In this document: piece after piece, positions 29,846-38,538 of the stretch
How the letters are laid out: each line of letters starts with the position of its first letter
How positions within the stretch are numbered: the stretch's first letter is position 1
NCBI GenBank assembly: GCA_018816945.1
Contig: JAHIVC010000099.1
Location: forward strand, 128,554-192,553
Direction: 5' to 3'
Origin: Bacteroidota bacterium
GTDB lineage: Bacteria > Bacteroidota > Bacteroidia > Bacteroidales > GCA-2711565
Length of the DNA stretch: 64,000 nucleotides
Program-made: the position numbers and the translations under genes
Notes under the pieces: generated by a model
Seen by the model: only the letters and a program-made list of their open reading frames with translations
Told to the model about the DNA's origin: nothing
Database searches by the model: none

Positions 29846-30403
29846 TTGAATATGAATTTTAATTGGAGAAAATGGAATCGGGTGATTCACCGGGATTTTG
29901 GCTATTTCTTTTTTGGAATGACCATTATTTATTGCCTGTCGGGGATAGCAATTAATCACATGCGCGATTGGAACCCTAATTATGTAATTATAACGAAAGA
30001 AATTCAAGTTGAGCCAAGCGAAAATATAGATAAGACCTTTATAAAAAATATATTGGCTGAGAATGAAATTGAAAATGATTACTTAAACCATTATTTTCCT
30101 TCAAAAAGCAATTTAAAAGTTTTTTTAAAAGACGGAACCCTTTATGTTGATTTAGAAACCGGAAAAGGGTTGTTTGAAAACATAAAACGCAGGATGTTTT
30201 TTAAGCCCATGAATTATCTGCATTATAATCCCATTAAATATTGGACCTGGTATTCGGATATTTTTTCCGGAGCGCTCATACTTATTGCCATTACCGGATT
30301 ATTTATTGTGAGAGGACCTAAGGGAATAACCCGACGAGGCGCCTGGATGACCATTCTTGGAATTTTGATCCCGGTTGTTTATTTGCTTATTTTTTATTTC
30401 TAA
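29846..30403 (+). CDS. PepSY-associated TM-helix domain protein (tentative)
   Basis: The N-terminus is WRKWNRVIHRDFGYFFFGMTIIYCLSGIAINH, with two further TM segments at the C-terminus. The likely start is the ATG at 29852. Confidence 0.55.
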   Translation: MNMNFNWRKWNRVIHRDFGYFFFGMTIIYCLSGIAINHMRDWNPNYVIITKEIQVEPSENIDKTFIKNILAENEIENDYLNHYFPSKSNLKVFLKDGTLYVDLETGKGLFENIKRRMFFKPMNYLHYNPIKYWTWYSDIFSGALILIAITGLFIVRGPKGITRRGAWMTILGILIPVVYLLIFYF

Positions 30404-30414
30404 AGAAACCCGTA

Positions 30415-30612
30415 ATGAATGAATTAATTTTCATTGTTATATTTATCCTTTGGTATATTGGCTCTTTAATTGTTTCTGAAAATATTTCTAAAGATAGTAA
30501 GTTGGGAACAGAATGGGTATTTTTTATCAGTATGCTTTTTAGTCCGATTGTAGGAATATTGATAAAATTAATATTCATCAAATATTACCGAAGCATTAAT
30601 AGTTTATCATAA
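30415..30612 (+). CDS. Small two-TM membrane protein (hypothetical)
   Basis: It is 65 aa with two hydrophobic helices and starts 11 nt after the preceding gene. The coding status is unproven. Confidence 0.35.
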   Translation: MNELIFIVIFILWYIGSLIVSENISKDSKLGTEWVFFISMLFSPIVGILIKLIFIKYYRSINSLS

Positions 30613-30687
30613 TTGAATGGATTAAATTTTTCATTGAAATTTTGATTGTTTTTCGTGTTTAGGTAGAATGATAATTTGAACATAAAT

Positions 30688-30742
30688 GCACTTGGTTTTT
30701 ACGGCACATCGACTACGCTCTATGTCCGTAAAAACCAAGTGC
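30688..30742. repeat. Long perfect hairpin (REP-like) between convergent genes
   Basis: The arm gcacttggtttttacgg (30688-30704) pairs perfectly over 17 bp with ccgtaaaaaccaagtgc (30726-30742). The loop cacatcgactacgctctatgt carries the cacatcga motif seen in other intergenic repeats. There is no flanking T-tract. Confidence 0.8.
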
Positions 30743-30794
30743 CCATTGTATGTCAATCAAATGACAACCGTATTACAATTGTAAATCCAATGTT

Positions 30795-31796
30795 TTAACT
30801 CCCCAACGTGGCAACCATCACCGCTTTAATGGTGTGCAATCGGTTTTCTGCTTCATCAAATACAATCGAACGTTCTGATTCGAAAACATCGTCGGTTACT
30901 TCCATACCATCAACGCCGAATTTTTGATAAATTTCTTCACCAACGGTAGTTTCACGATTGTGGAATGCCGGTAAACAATGCAGAAATTTTACATTTGGAT
31001 TACCTGTTTTTTCAATCATTTGTTTATTAACCTGGTAAGGAATCATCGATTTAATGCGTTCTGCCCAAACTTCATCGGGTTCACCCATTGATACCCAAAC
31101 ATCGGTATAAATAAAATCAACACCTTTAACCGCTTCATTAACATTTTCGGTAATGGTTATTTTTGCTCCGGTTTCTTTTGCGATTTCGAGGCATTGTTTT
31201 ACCAAATCTTCGGCAGGATGGCAAGATTTTGGGGCAGCGGCCCTGAAATCCATTCCCATTTTTGCAGCACCAACCATCAACGAATTTCCCATGTTGTTTT
31301 TGGCATCGCCAACATAACAAAATGAAATTTGAGATAGTGGCTTGTCAGAATGCTCCATCATCGTTAAGAAATCAGCTAAAATTTGGGTTGGGTGAAATTC
31401 GTTCGTTAATCCGTTCCAAACAGGTACACCTGCATATTTTCCCAATTCTTCAACAATTTCCTGACCATAGCCCCTATATTCGATTCCATCATACATTCTC
31501 CCAAGTACGCGGGCCGTATCTTTCATGCTTTCTTTTTTCCCGATCTGTGAACCGGAAGGCCCCAAATAAGTAACTTTCGCACCCTGATCATAAGCAGCTA
31601 CTTCAAAAGCACAGCGGGTGCGGGTTGAAGCTTTTTCAAATATCAATGCGATATTCTTACCTTTTAACCGCTCTACTTCAGTTCCTGCATATTTCGCTTT
31701 TTTCAAATCGGCTGAAAGGTCGAGTAAAAACTTAATTTCCTTTGGTGTGAAATCCAATAATTTCAAAAAATTTCGGTTCCTTAAATTGAAAGCCAT
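30795..31796 (-). CDS. argF: Ornithine carbamoyltransferase (classical ArgF/ArgI/ArcB type)
   Basis: Motifs are STRTR, HPTQ, DVWVSMG and HCLP, with a length of 333 aa. No other arg genes lie nearby. Confidence 0.9.
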   Translation of the reverse strand: MAFNLRNRNFLKLLDFTPKEIKFLLDLSADLKKAKYAGTEVERLKGKNIALIFEKASTRTRCAFEVAAYDQGAKVTYLGPSGSQIGKKESMKDTARVLGRMYDGIEYRGYGQEIVEELGKYAGVPVWNGLTNEFHPTQILADFLTMMEHSDKPLSQISFCYVGDAKNNMGNSLMVGAAKMGMDFRAAAPKSCHPAEDLVKQCLEIAKETGAKITITENVNEAVKGVDFIYTDVWVSMGEPDEVWAERIKSMIPYQVNKQMIEKTGNPNVKFLHCLPAFHNRETTVGEEIYQKFGVDGMEVTDDVFESERSIVFDEAENRLHTIKAVMVATLGS

Positions 31797-31870
31797 GTTG
31801 TCCTCCTGTGGTTTTAATTGTTAATTATTCTTCTGTTAATTTATCGTGCAAAGTTAGATAATTTGATGAT

Positions 31871-31990
31871 GTGCTAATTTGAAAATTTGAAAATTAGTTT
31901 ATTAGTAAGCTGGGATGGTTTCCCAACGAAGTTGCTAATTTGAAAACCTGCTTGCAGCAAGCAAGTGTGCTAATTTGAAAATTTGAAAAT
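31871..31990. repeat. Short dispersed repeats in the argF / DUF3109 divergent region
   Basis: The 24-mer gtgctaatttgaaaatttgaaaat occurs identically at 31871-31894 and 31967-31990. A partial copy, gttgctaatttgaaaacc, lies at 31931-31948. Confidence 0.85.
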
Positions 31991-32176
31991 GGAATGCCGC
32001 ATCTAATTTCTTTGTCATTTCGAACGAAGAGAGAAATCTCAGAATAAAAAATTTGAAAATGTAAAGTTTTTTCGTGTTAAGGTGGATTAGGAACAGAAAA
32101 ATATATGAATTTAAAAATTCGTTAATCGGGACGCCATCCCAATTCACCAATCAACCAATTTACTTACTTTTGCCAA

Positions 32177-32746
32177 ATGATACTTATTGATGATACCATT
32201 ATATCGGACGACCTGATTCTGGTTAAGTTTTGTTGTAACCTGGCAGCCTGCAAAGGTGGGTGTTGTGTTGAAGGAGATGCAGGTGCGCCGCTTGAAGAAG
32301 AAGAAATTTCCATCATTGAAGATTATATCGACCATATCAAACCATACATGGTTGAAAAGGGACGTGAAGTAGTTGAAGCTAACGGAATTTTCGATTATGA
32401 TGCCGAAGGTAATTTTGTTACCCCTTTGGTAAACGATCGTGAATGCGCGTTTGTTTATTTCAATAATAATATTTCCTATTGCGCCATTGAAAAGGCCTGG
32501 TCCGAAAAAAAGATTGATTTCCAGAAACCGATTTCCTGTCATTTATATCCCGTCAGAATTAATCGGTTAAATGACCTGACGGCCGTAAATTACCATCATT
32601 GGTCGATTTGCAATCCTGCCCTTAAAAAGGGCAGGGATATTGGATTACCTCTTTATATATTTTTAAAAGATCCTTTGATCAGGAAATTTGGTGAGGAATG
32701 GTTCCGGAAATTAGAGAAAGAAGCTATAAACGTGAGTTCTTTATAA
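32177..32746 (+). CDS. DUF3109-family protein (Cys-rich)
   Basis: The N-terminus IDDTIISDDLILVKFCCNLAACKGGCCVEGDAGAPL is typical of DUF3109. Confidence 0.8.
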   Translation: MILIDDTIISDDLILVKFCCNLAACKGGCCVEGDAGAPLEEEEISIIEDYIDHIKPYMVEKGREVVEANGIFDYDAEGNFVTPLVNDRECAFVYFNNNISYCAIEKAWSEKKIDFQKPISCHLYPVRINRLNDLTAVNYHHWSICNPALKKGRDIGLPLYIFLKDPLIRKFGEEWFRKLEKEAINVSSL

Positions 32747-32782
32747 GACGTTAGACGTTAGATATTAGACGTAAGACGTTAG
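32744..32782. repeat. Heptamer tandem array (tagacgt-like, ~5 units)
   Basis: The sequence taagacgttagacgttagatattagacgtaagacgttag starts at the stop codon of the DUF3109 gene. Confidence 0.85.
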
Positions 32783-32800
32783 AATTTTAACACTTTTTAT

Positions 32801-32846
32801 AGCTAACAGCCAATAGCTAATAGCCAATAGCTAATAGCCAATAGCT
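32801..32846. repeat. 14-nt tandem array (agccaatagctaat, ~3 units)
   Basis: The sequence is agctaacagccaatagctaatagccaatagctaatagccaatagct. Units contain the near-palindrome agctaatagct. Confidence 0.85.
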
Positions 32847-32854
32847 TTAGATTC

Positions 32855-33595
32855 CTATTTCAAATATCCGAACAACAGACTATGATTGTTATTTTTTGGC
32901 AAAACGGCAATTCCTTTTGTCGATTTTAAAGGATCATTAAAAATGTAAGTACCTTCCCATTCTAATGAAGTTTCATGATATTCTTTAACTCTTACCACAA
33001 ACTGAACTGAATCCAGATTGGTTTCCTTTAGGCTTTCCAAATTGAAAGAAACAACTCCGTTCATTAAATAATTTGAATAATCGGAATGCGAATTGTGCCT
33101 GAATTCAAGAATCAATCTTCCATTTGCAGTATGGGTATTTTCATATAATTTTACAAGGTTTATCAGATGAATTTTATAGGCACCATAATAGCTAAAAATA
33201 AAATTTATATAATTATTGGAAATCCAAATATTTTCCTTGTTCATATAAACAGGGTCGTTCCCAATGCTATCATTAATGTTCGCAGTAAGCTGTATAATAT
33301 TTTTGGTCAATATTCTATCGATATCGTAGAGGTCGACCTCATAATTATTCGCGTCCACGGTTTTTGTAATGGAATATTTAACAAAAATACGATCCCCATT
33401 CTTATAATCATTATTTACAATTACTTTATTGGGAACCAATTTTTGTCCTCCATCCAGTATAATCACAAATTCATCCGCAGAAGCAATTAATTTCTCGATC
33501 GTTCCAATACCTGACCATTGTGGAAATTTATCATTTTTATTACATGCAGGTAAAATAAATAAGATTATTACGACTGCTAAAACTAATTTTTTCAT
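32855..33595 (-). CDS. Hypothetical lipoprotein (possibly NigD-like)
   Basis: It has a signal peptide with the lipobox LPAC, is 246 aa and is beta-rich. The family assignment is from memory of size and architecture only. Confidence 0.45.
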   Translation of the reverse strand: MKKLVLAVVIILFILPACNKNDKFPQWSGIGTIEKLIASADEFVIILDGGQKLVPNKVIVNNDYKNGDRIFVKYSITKTVDANNYEVDLYDIDRILTKNIIQLTANINDSIGNDPVYMNKENIWISNNYINFIFSYYGAYKIHLINLVKLYENTHTANGRLILEFRHNSHSDYSNYLMNGVVSFNLESLKETNLDSVQFVVRVKEYHETSLEWEGTYIFNDPLKSTKGIAVLPKNNNHSLLFGYLK

Positions 33596-33724
33596 TTCAA
33601 TATTTTTTTATTTATAAATTTTAAAAACGTATAACAATATGATGTATAAAAGTGTCGAAGCGTTGCGTATGCTATACAATTTTAGTTTAAAAATTAGATT
33701 CTTCACGCGTTCTTATTTAAACGC

Positions 33725-33788
33725 TTTTAGCCATTAGCAATTGGCCTTCTGGAAAGGCTAAAAGCTAAAAGCCAACAACCAACAGCTT
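33725..33788. repeat. Low-complexity intergenic repeat related to the 32801 and 42072 arrays
   Basis: The sequence ttttagccattagcaattggccttctggaaaggctaaaagctaaaagccaacaaccaacagc shares the tagc / gctaaaag / gccaaca word set. Confidence 0.6.
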
Positions 33789-33917
33789 TAATTTTAGGTA
33801 GATTAAAACAGTAATATTATCCAAAATATATCATAAACCTCAATTAGAGCCCCACTTACTAAAAAAGCCGACCCGTAAAATTCGAGCTGGCTTAAAAATT
33901 GTAAAAAGAACGAAATC

Positions 33918-34433
33918 TTAAACTGCAGTTGGCGCAGGTCGGGCGGCTGCCATTGCCTCAAGTTCTTTATCAATATGAAAATATCCGGCCTTATCATTGC
34001 CTACCAATCGAATTTTATCCAAAATATTACTCATGGTACTTTCTTCTTCAATTTGCTCATTGATGAACCATTGCAGGAAACTTCCTGAAGTATAATCTTT
34101 TTCGTTTAGGGTGACTTCATAAACTTCGTTTATGGAAGCTGTAATAAATTCTTCGTGCTTCATCACTTGTTCAAAGATATCAGAGATATTTTTATACTCA
34201 AATGGAGGTTGTTCCATCGACATCATTTTGGCATGTCCGCCCCTGTCATTTAAATAATGAACAAATTTGAGCATGTGAAGGCGCTCCTCTTCTGCCTGTG
34301 CATATAAAAAGTCGGCTGCCCCTTTAAACCCGTTTACCTCGCACCAAGAGGCCATTTGCAAATATAATCTGGAAGAATATTCCTCTTTTTTTATTTGTTC
34401 GTTTACTGCTTTTTCAACATTATTTTTAATCAT
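33918..34433 (-). CDS. ftnA: Ferritin (non-heme, Ftn type)
   Basis: AVNEQIKKEEYSSRLYLQMASW and EEERLHMLKF provide the ferroxidase-centre residues. The length is 171 aa. Confidence 0.9.
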   Translation of the reverse strand: MIKNNVEKAVNEQIKKEEYSSRLYLQMASWCEVNGFKGAADFLYAQAEEERLHMLKFVHYLNDRGGHAKMMSMEQPPFEYKNISDIFEQVMKHEEFITASINEVYEVTLNEKDYTSGSFLQWFINEQIEEESTMSNILDKIRLVGNDKAGYFHIDKELEAMAAARPAPTAV

Positions 34434-34518
34434 GGCTATCGTTTTTTATAGATTAACTGATAACAAATTTACGAAAAAACGACGATGATAAGTAATATCA
34501 CCGAAAAGCTTTAAAAAG

Positions 34519-34555
34519 AAAAGAGGCATGAATTAAATAAATCCTGGCCTCTTTT
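34519..34555 (-). terminator. Possible terminator of the atp operon
   Basis: The arm aaaagaggc (34519-34527) pairs with gcctctttt (34547-34555), with a T-rich tail on the minus strand. The 19-nt loop is large, so the call is only moderate. Confidence 0.4.
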
Positions 34556-34572
34556 TACAAAATTAAATATTT

Positions 34573-35457
34573 TTAGCCTTTTAATGCTTCTGCTCCGCTT
34601 ACAATTTCGAGTATTTCATTCGTAATTGAAGCTTGTCGTGCTTTGTTATATTTTAATTTCAAATCTTTTAATAATTCGATTGCGTTATCGGTAGCTTTAT
34701 GCATAGCGGTCATCCGGGCTCCATGTTCTGAAGCATAAGAATCCAATAAGGCTTTATAAAATTGAATTTTCAAAGATTTAGGGATTAACTCCTTTACGAC
34801 CGTTTCCTTATCCGGCTCAAAAATATAATCGGTAGCCAAATCTTTTACCTTATTTTCTGTATCAGAAGCTACAATAGGTAAAAATTGCTCGGTAGATAAC
34901 TGATAAACGGCAGCATTTTTAAACTGGTTGTACACCAAAATAATTTTATCGTAATTTTTTGCTGCAAAATCTGCCATCATATTTTTTGCAATGGCCACAA
35001 CATTTTCGAAACTTAAATCCGTGAACAAATCGATTTCTTTACCAACAACATTATACGTGCTATTGTTATAAAAATCAACTATTTTTTTGCCGAAACAATG
35101 CACGAAAACATTTCCTTCGTCAAATTGTTTTTTATAATCTGTTTGGATTATTCTGTTTGCTTCTTTTATAACATTGGCATTAAAAGCCCCGCACAATCCA
35201 CGGTTTGAAGCAATAACCACAAACAATATTTTTTGAATGGGTCTTACCTGAGAATAAACATCATCATCGCTGTTCTCAATGCTTTTACTCAGGTTCTGAA
35301 GAATTTCGTTTAATTTCAGGGCATAGGGCCTCAATTTAAGAATTGCATTCTGCGCCCTTCTCAATTTTGAAGCAGATACCATTTTCATGGCACTGGTAAT
35401 TTGCTTGGTTGAATTAACCGATTCTATTCTTGTTCGAACTTCCTTTAAACTTGGCAT
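34573..35457 (-). CDS. atpG: F0F1 ATP synthase subunit gamma
   Basis: MPSLKEVRTRIESVNSTKQITSAMKMVSASKLRRAQ and the C-terminal ITNEILEIVSGAEAL are present. Confidence 0.93.
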   Translation of the reverse strand: MPSLKEVRTRIESVNSTKQITSAMKMVSASKLRRAQNAILKLRPYALKLNEILQNLSKSIENSDDDVYSQVRPIQKILFVVIASNRGLCGAFNANVIKEANRIIQTDYKKQFDEGNVFVHCFGKKIVDFYNNSTYNVVGKEIDLFTDLSFENVVAIAKNMMADFAAKNYDKIILVYNQFKNAAVYQLSTEQFLPIVASDTENKVKDLATDYIFEPDKETVVKELIPKSLKIQFYKALLDSYASEHGARMTAMHKATDNAIELLKDLKLKYNKARQASITNEILEIVSGAEALKG

Positions 35458-35479
35458 CTACCTTAACGATTTTATTGAA

Positions 35480-37066
35480 TTATTTTTTCTCGTATTTGTG
35501 CGAAATTTCAGCAGCAACTTTTTCTAAAACCCCGATATCTTCATCCAACAATTTACCTGCTTTTAAATTGTCGAGCACCTCCTGATGTTTTGTTTCGAGA
35601 AAATGTAAAAATTCGGTCTCAAAATCAATTACACTTTTAACCGGAACTTTCTTCAATAATCCTTTGGTCCCACAATAGATGATAGCAACTTGCTTTTCAA
35701 CGGCTAATGGTGAATATTGGGGTTGTTTCAGAATTTGGACATTTCGTTGTCCTTTTTCCAAAACAGCCATTGTACTTGCATCCAATTCAGATCCAAATTT
35801 TGCAAAAGCCTCTAGTTCGCGGTATTGCGCCTGATCAAGTTTGAGCGTACCCGCAATTTTTTTCATCGATTTAATCTGGGCATTTCCACCTACTCGCGAT
35901 ACGGAAATCCCGACATTAATAGCCGGTCGGATACCCGCGTTAAATAAGTTTGTTTCCAGAAAAATCTGCCCATCGGTAATTGAAATAACATTGGTTGGGA
36001 TATATGCAGATACGTCACCTGCTTGTGTTTCGATAATCGGAAGCGCGGTTAACGAACCTCCACCTTTTACAATACCTTTAAGACTTTCTGGCAAATCGTT
36101 CATTTGCTTTGCCACTTCATCCGAATTGATGATTTTAGCAGCCCGCTCGAGTAATCTTGAGTGTAAATAAAATACATCTCCGGGATAAGCTTCCCGTCCG
36201 GGAGGTCTTCTTAACAATAATGAAACTTCACGATAAGCCACCGCTTGTTTTGAAAGGTCGTCATAAATTACGAGTGCCGGTCGGCCGGTATCCCTGAAAT
36301 ACTCGCCAATGGCAGCACCGGTAAACGGGGCATAAAATTGCATGGCTGCCGGATCGGATGCAGTAGCGGATACAATTACGGTATAAGGCAATGCACCATG
36401 ATCGTCAAGGGTTTTATAAATATTGGCCACCGTTGAACCTTTTTGACCAATTGCAACATAAATACAGTAAACAGGTTCGCCTTTTTCGTAGAACTCTTTT
36501 TGATTGATGATGGTATCAATGCCAATAGCTGTTTTCCCTGTTTGACGGTCGCCAATGATCAATTCACGCTGCCCTCTTCCAATTGGAATCATCGCATCAA
36601 TTGCCTTGATTCCTGTTTGCAATGGTTCGTTTACGGGTTGTCGGTAGATTACGCCCGGAGCTTTTCTTTCCAACGGCATATTATAAAGCTTTCCTTTAAT
36701 CTCACCCTTACCGTCAATTGGTTTACCAAGCGTATTAATTACCCTGCCCAACATACCTTCTCCAACGTCGATGGAAGCGATTTTTCCGGTTCGTTTTACT
36801 TTGTCGCCTTCGTTAATATCCCTTGTTTCACCCAATAAAACAGCTCCTACATTATCTTCTTCCAGATTAAGAACGATACCTCTTAGGCCCCCTTTTTCAA
36901 ATTCAATCAACTCCCCGGATCCAACATTATTTAATCCATAAATGCGAGCGATCCCATCGCCAATTTGCAGTACGGTACCAACTTCTTCCAATTCTGCTTC
37001 ACTTTTAAATCCAGCGAGTTGCTGACGTAAAATAGCGGATACTTCTGCAGGTTTAATTTCGGCCAT
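35480..37066 (-). CDS. atpA: F0F1 ATP synthase subunit alpha
   Basis: The Walker A is GDRQTGKT, with the conserved strings [42 protein letters not shown]. Confidence 0.96.
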   Translation of the reverse strand: MAEIKPAEVSAILRQQLAGFKSEAELEEVGTVLQIGDGIARIYGLNNVGSGELIEFEKGGLRGIVLNLEEDNVGAVLLGETRDINEGDKVKRTGKIASIDVGEGMLGRVINTLGKPIDGKGEIKGKLYNMPLERKAPGVIYRQPVNEPLQTGIKAIDAMIPIGRGQRELIIGDRQTGKTAIGIDTIINQKEFYEKGEPVYCIYVAIGQKGSTVANIYKTLDDHGALPYTVIVSATASDPAAMQFYAPFTGAAIGEYFRDTGRPALVIYDDLSKQAVAYREVSLLLRRPPGREAYPGDVFYLHSRLLERAAKIINSDEVAKQMNDLPESLKGIVKGGGSLTALPIIETQAGDVSAYIPTNVISITDGQIFLETNLFNAGIRPAINVGISVSRVGGNAQIKSMKKIAGTLKLDQAQYRELEAFAKFGSELDASTMAVLEKGQRNVQILKQPQYSPLAVEKQVAIIYCGTKGLLKKVPVKSVIDFETEFLHFLETKHQEVLDNLKAGKLLDEDIGVLEKVAAEISHKYEKK

Positions 37067-37080
37067 ATTATTTTTCTTTA

Positions 37081-37638
37081 TTAAAATCCTCGAATGTATA
37101 GATTGGTGCCAAACTCTTTTCTCAATTCTTTAATTTGTTTTCGAATACTTGCATCGTACTGAAAATCTTTAAAAGAAAGGACGAATCCACCGATCATTTC
37201 TTTTTTTATTTCTTCTATTAATTCAATTTCACCCTGGGTTTGTTCCTTAAGCAATGCAATCACGTTTTCCTTTACGTTCGGATCAAGATGCACAGCCGTA
37301 GTAAGCTTGGCAGTGGTGATATTTTTAAATTCTTTATACTGCTCAATAAACTGTGTGGCAATACCTTCAATTAATGGTTCCCTCTTCTTTCGGGTGATAA
37401 TTAAAAGAAAGTGATAAGACATTTTTTGAATATGATTCTTAAAGATTTCAGTAATAATTGATTCCTTTTTTTTTGTAAAAATAATCGGACTATTTAGCAT
37501 CAACCTGAAATCCCTGTTTTGCTTGCAAACGGAAATAACTAATCGCATATCATCCTTAACCTGTTCCAGAACATTTTGTTCCAGGGCAAAGTCAAACAAT
37601 GCTTTGGCGTATCTGCTTGCTAACTTAATTTCTTTCAT
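37081..37638 (-). CDS. atpH: F0F1 ATP synthase subunit delta (OSCP)
   Basis: The call rests on its position between atpF and atpA, the string [12 protein letters not shown], and a length of 185 aa. Confidence 0.85.
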   Translation of the reverse strand: MKEIKLASRYAKALFDFALEQNVLEQVKDDMRLVISVCKQNRDFRLMLNSPIIFTKKKESIITEIFKNHIQKMSYHFLLIITRKKREPLIEGIATQFIEQYKEFKNITTAKLTTAVHLDPNVKENVIALLKEQTQGEIELIEEIKKEMIGGFVLSFKDFQYDASIRKQIKELRKEFGTNLYIRGF

Positions 37639-37658
37639 TTATATAAATTTGATGCTGA

Positions 37659-38153
37659 TTAATTAAAATTAATCTCATCCATTAATTTTTTAACATAATC
37701 CTTCTGCTTTTTGCCATCCGAAAGCTCTTCCCTCAGGATTTTTTCAGCAATTTCAATCGATAAAGTAGCCAGTTGGTTTTTTAAATCGGTAATGGCAGCC
37801 ATTTTTTCGTTTTGGATGTTTTCCTTGGCACTTTCAACGATGCGATTGGCCTCTTCATTTGCCCTCAATTTTGATTTTTCAATGATTGAGTCTCGAACTT
37901 TTCTGGCATCATTTAAAATTGCATCTCGCTCTTCTTTTGCATCACTCAATAATTTTTCATTATCAAAATGCAAGGTTTTCATTTCCTCACGTGCTTTATT
38001 GGCCTCATTTAATGCTTCATCAATGGTATTTTCCCTTTCTTTAAGAGATTTCATGATGGGTTTCCATGCAAATTTGCCGAGTATGAATAAAACAATACCG
38101 AAAGACAAGGTCATCCAAAAAATCAGACCAATTCCGGGAGTTACTAATTCCAT
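37659..38153 (-). CDS. atpF: F0F1 ATP synthase subunit b
   Basis: It has a single N-terminal TM segment followed by a long charged helix, and sits in the expected operon position. Confidence 0.88.
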   Translation of the reverse strand: MELVTPGIGLIFWMTLSFGIVLFILGKFAWKPIMKSLKERENTIDEALNEANKAREEMKTLHFDNEKLLSDAKEERDAILNDARKVRDSIIEKSKLRANEEANRIVESAKENIQNEKMAAITDLKNQLATLSIEIAEKILREELSDGKKQKDYVKKLMDEINFN

Positions 38154-38180
38154 AGTATTATTTTTAAAATTAATTTAAAA

Positions 38181-38215
38181 CTTCTGCACCTCAACCAACC
38201 GTTGAGGTGCAGAAG
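38181..38215 (-). promoter_or_regulatory. Strong intra-operon stem-loop between atpE and atpF
   Basis: The hairpin is cttctgcacctcaac-caacc-gttgaggtgcagaag, a 15-bp perfect stem 14 nt downstream of the atpE stop. On the transcribed strand it is followed by ttttaaatt. Confidence 0.75.
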
Positions 38216-38228
38216 TAATTTTTGTTGT

Positions 38229-38495
38229 CTATAAGAAAACGATCAATAGACAAACAACAATAGCAAAGAAAGCTGCACCTTCGATCAAAGCCGCAGACAC
38301 GATCATGTTTGATCGGATATCATCCGCAGCTTCGGGTTGACGAGCAATGGATTCAACAGCAGCACGACCAATTTGGCCAATACCCATAGCGGCAGCAATT
38401 GCTGCAATACTTGCTCCGATACCTGCTGCCATTTTTGCAAATGGTGCATATACAGAAACTTCATTTACTACTTGTAATAATGTTGGTAATTCCAT
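38229..38495 (-). CDS. atpE: F0F1 ATP synthase subunit c
   Basis: It has the ARQPE loop and the carboxylate helix ALIEGAAFF. The length is 88 aa. Confidence 0.92.
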   Translation of the reverse strand: MELPTLLQVVNEVSVYAPFAKMAAGIGASIAAIAAAMGIGQIGRAAVESIARQPEAADDIRSNMIVSAALIEGAAFFAIVVCLLIVFL

Positions 38496-38538
38496 GATTT
38501 TATTTATTTAATTGTGATTGATAATTTTTGTTTAACTA

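Noticed and set aside
30795-31796. The OTCase as an anomaly, since many Bacteroidota use N-succinylornithine carbamoyltransferase for arginine synthesis.
   Set aside because: The sequence shows fully canonical OTC motifs (STRTR, HPTQ, DxxxSMG, HCLP). Without the rest of the genome I cannot tell whether it is anabolic, catabolic or an addition to an ArgF-prime pathway. It is noted in the feature only.
33803-33997. A 64-aa ORF downstream of, and overlapping, the ferritin 3' end. The small ORFs 25158..25409, 31935..32150, 42130..42327 and 30387..30581 were considered similarly.
   Set aside because: They sit in repeat-rich or terminator DNA or overlap real genes, and they lack RBS or signal features. 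They are most likely non-coding.
34484-34500. A Fur-box-like sequence, gatgataagtaatatca, upstream of the ferritin gene.
   Set aside because: It matches the 19-bp Fur consensus only partially, and the region is AT-rich enough for this to arise by chance. It is not supportable without a genome-specific Fur motif model.
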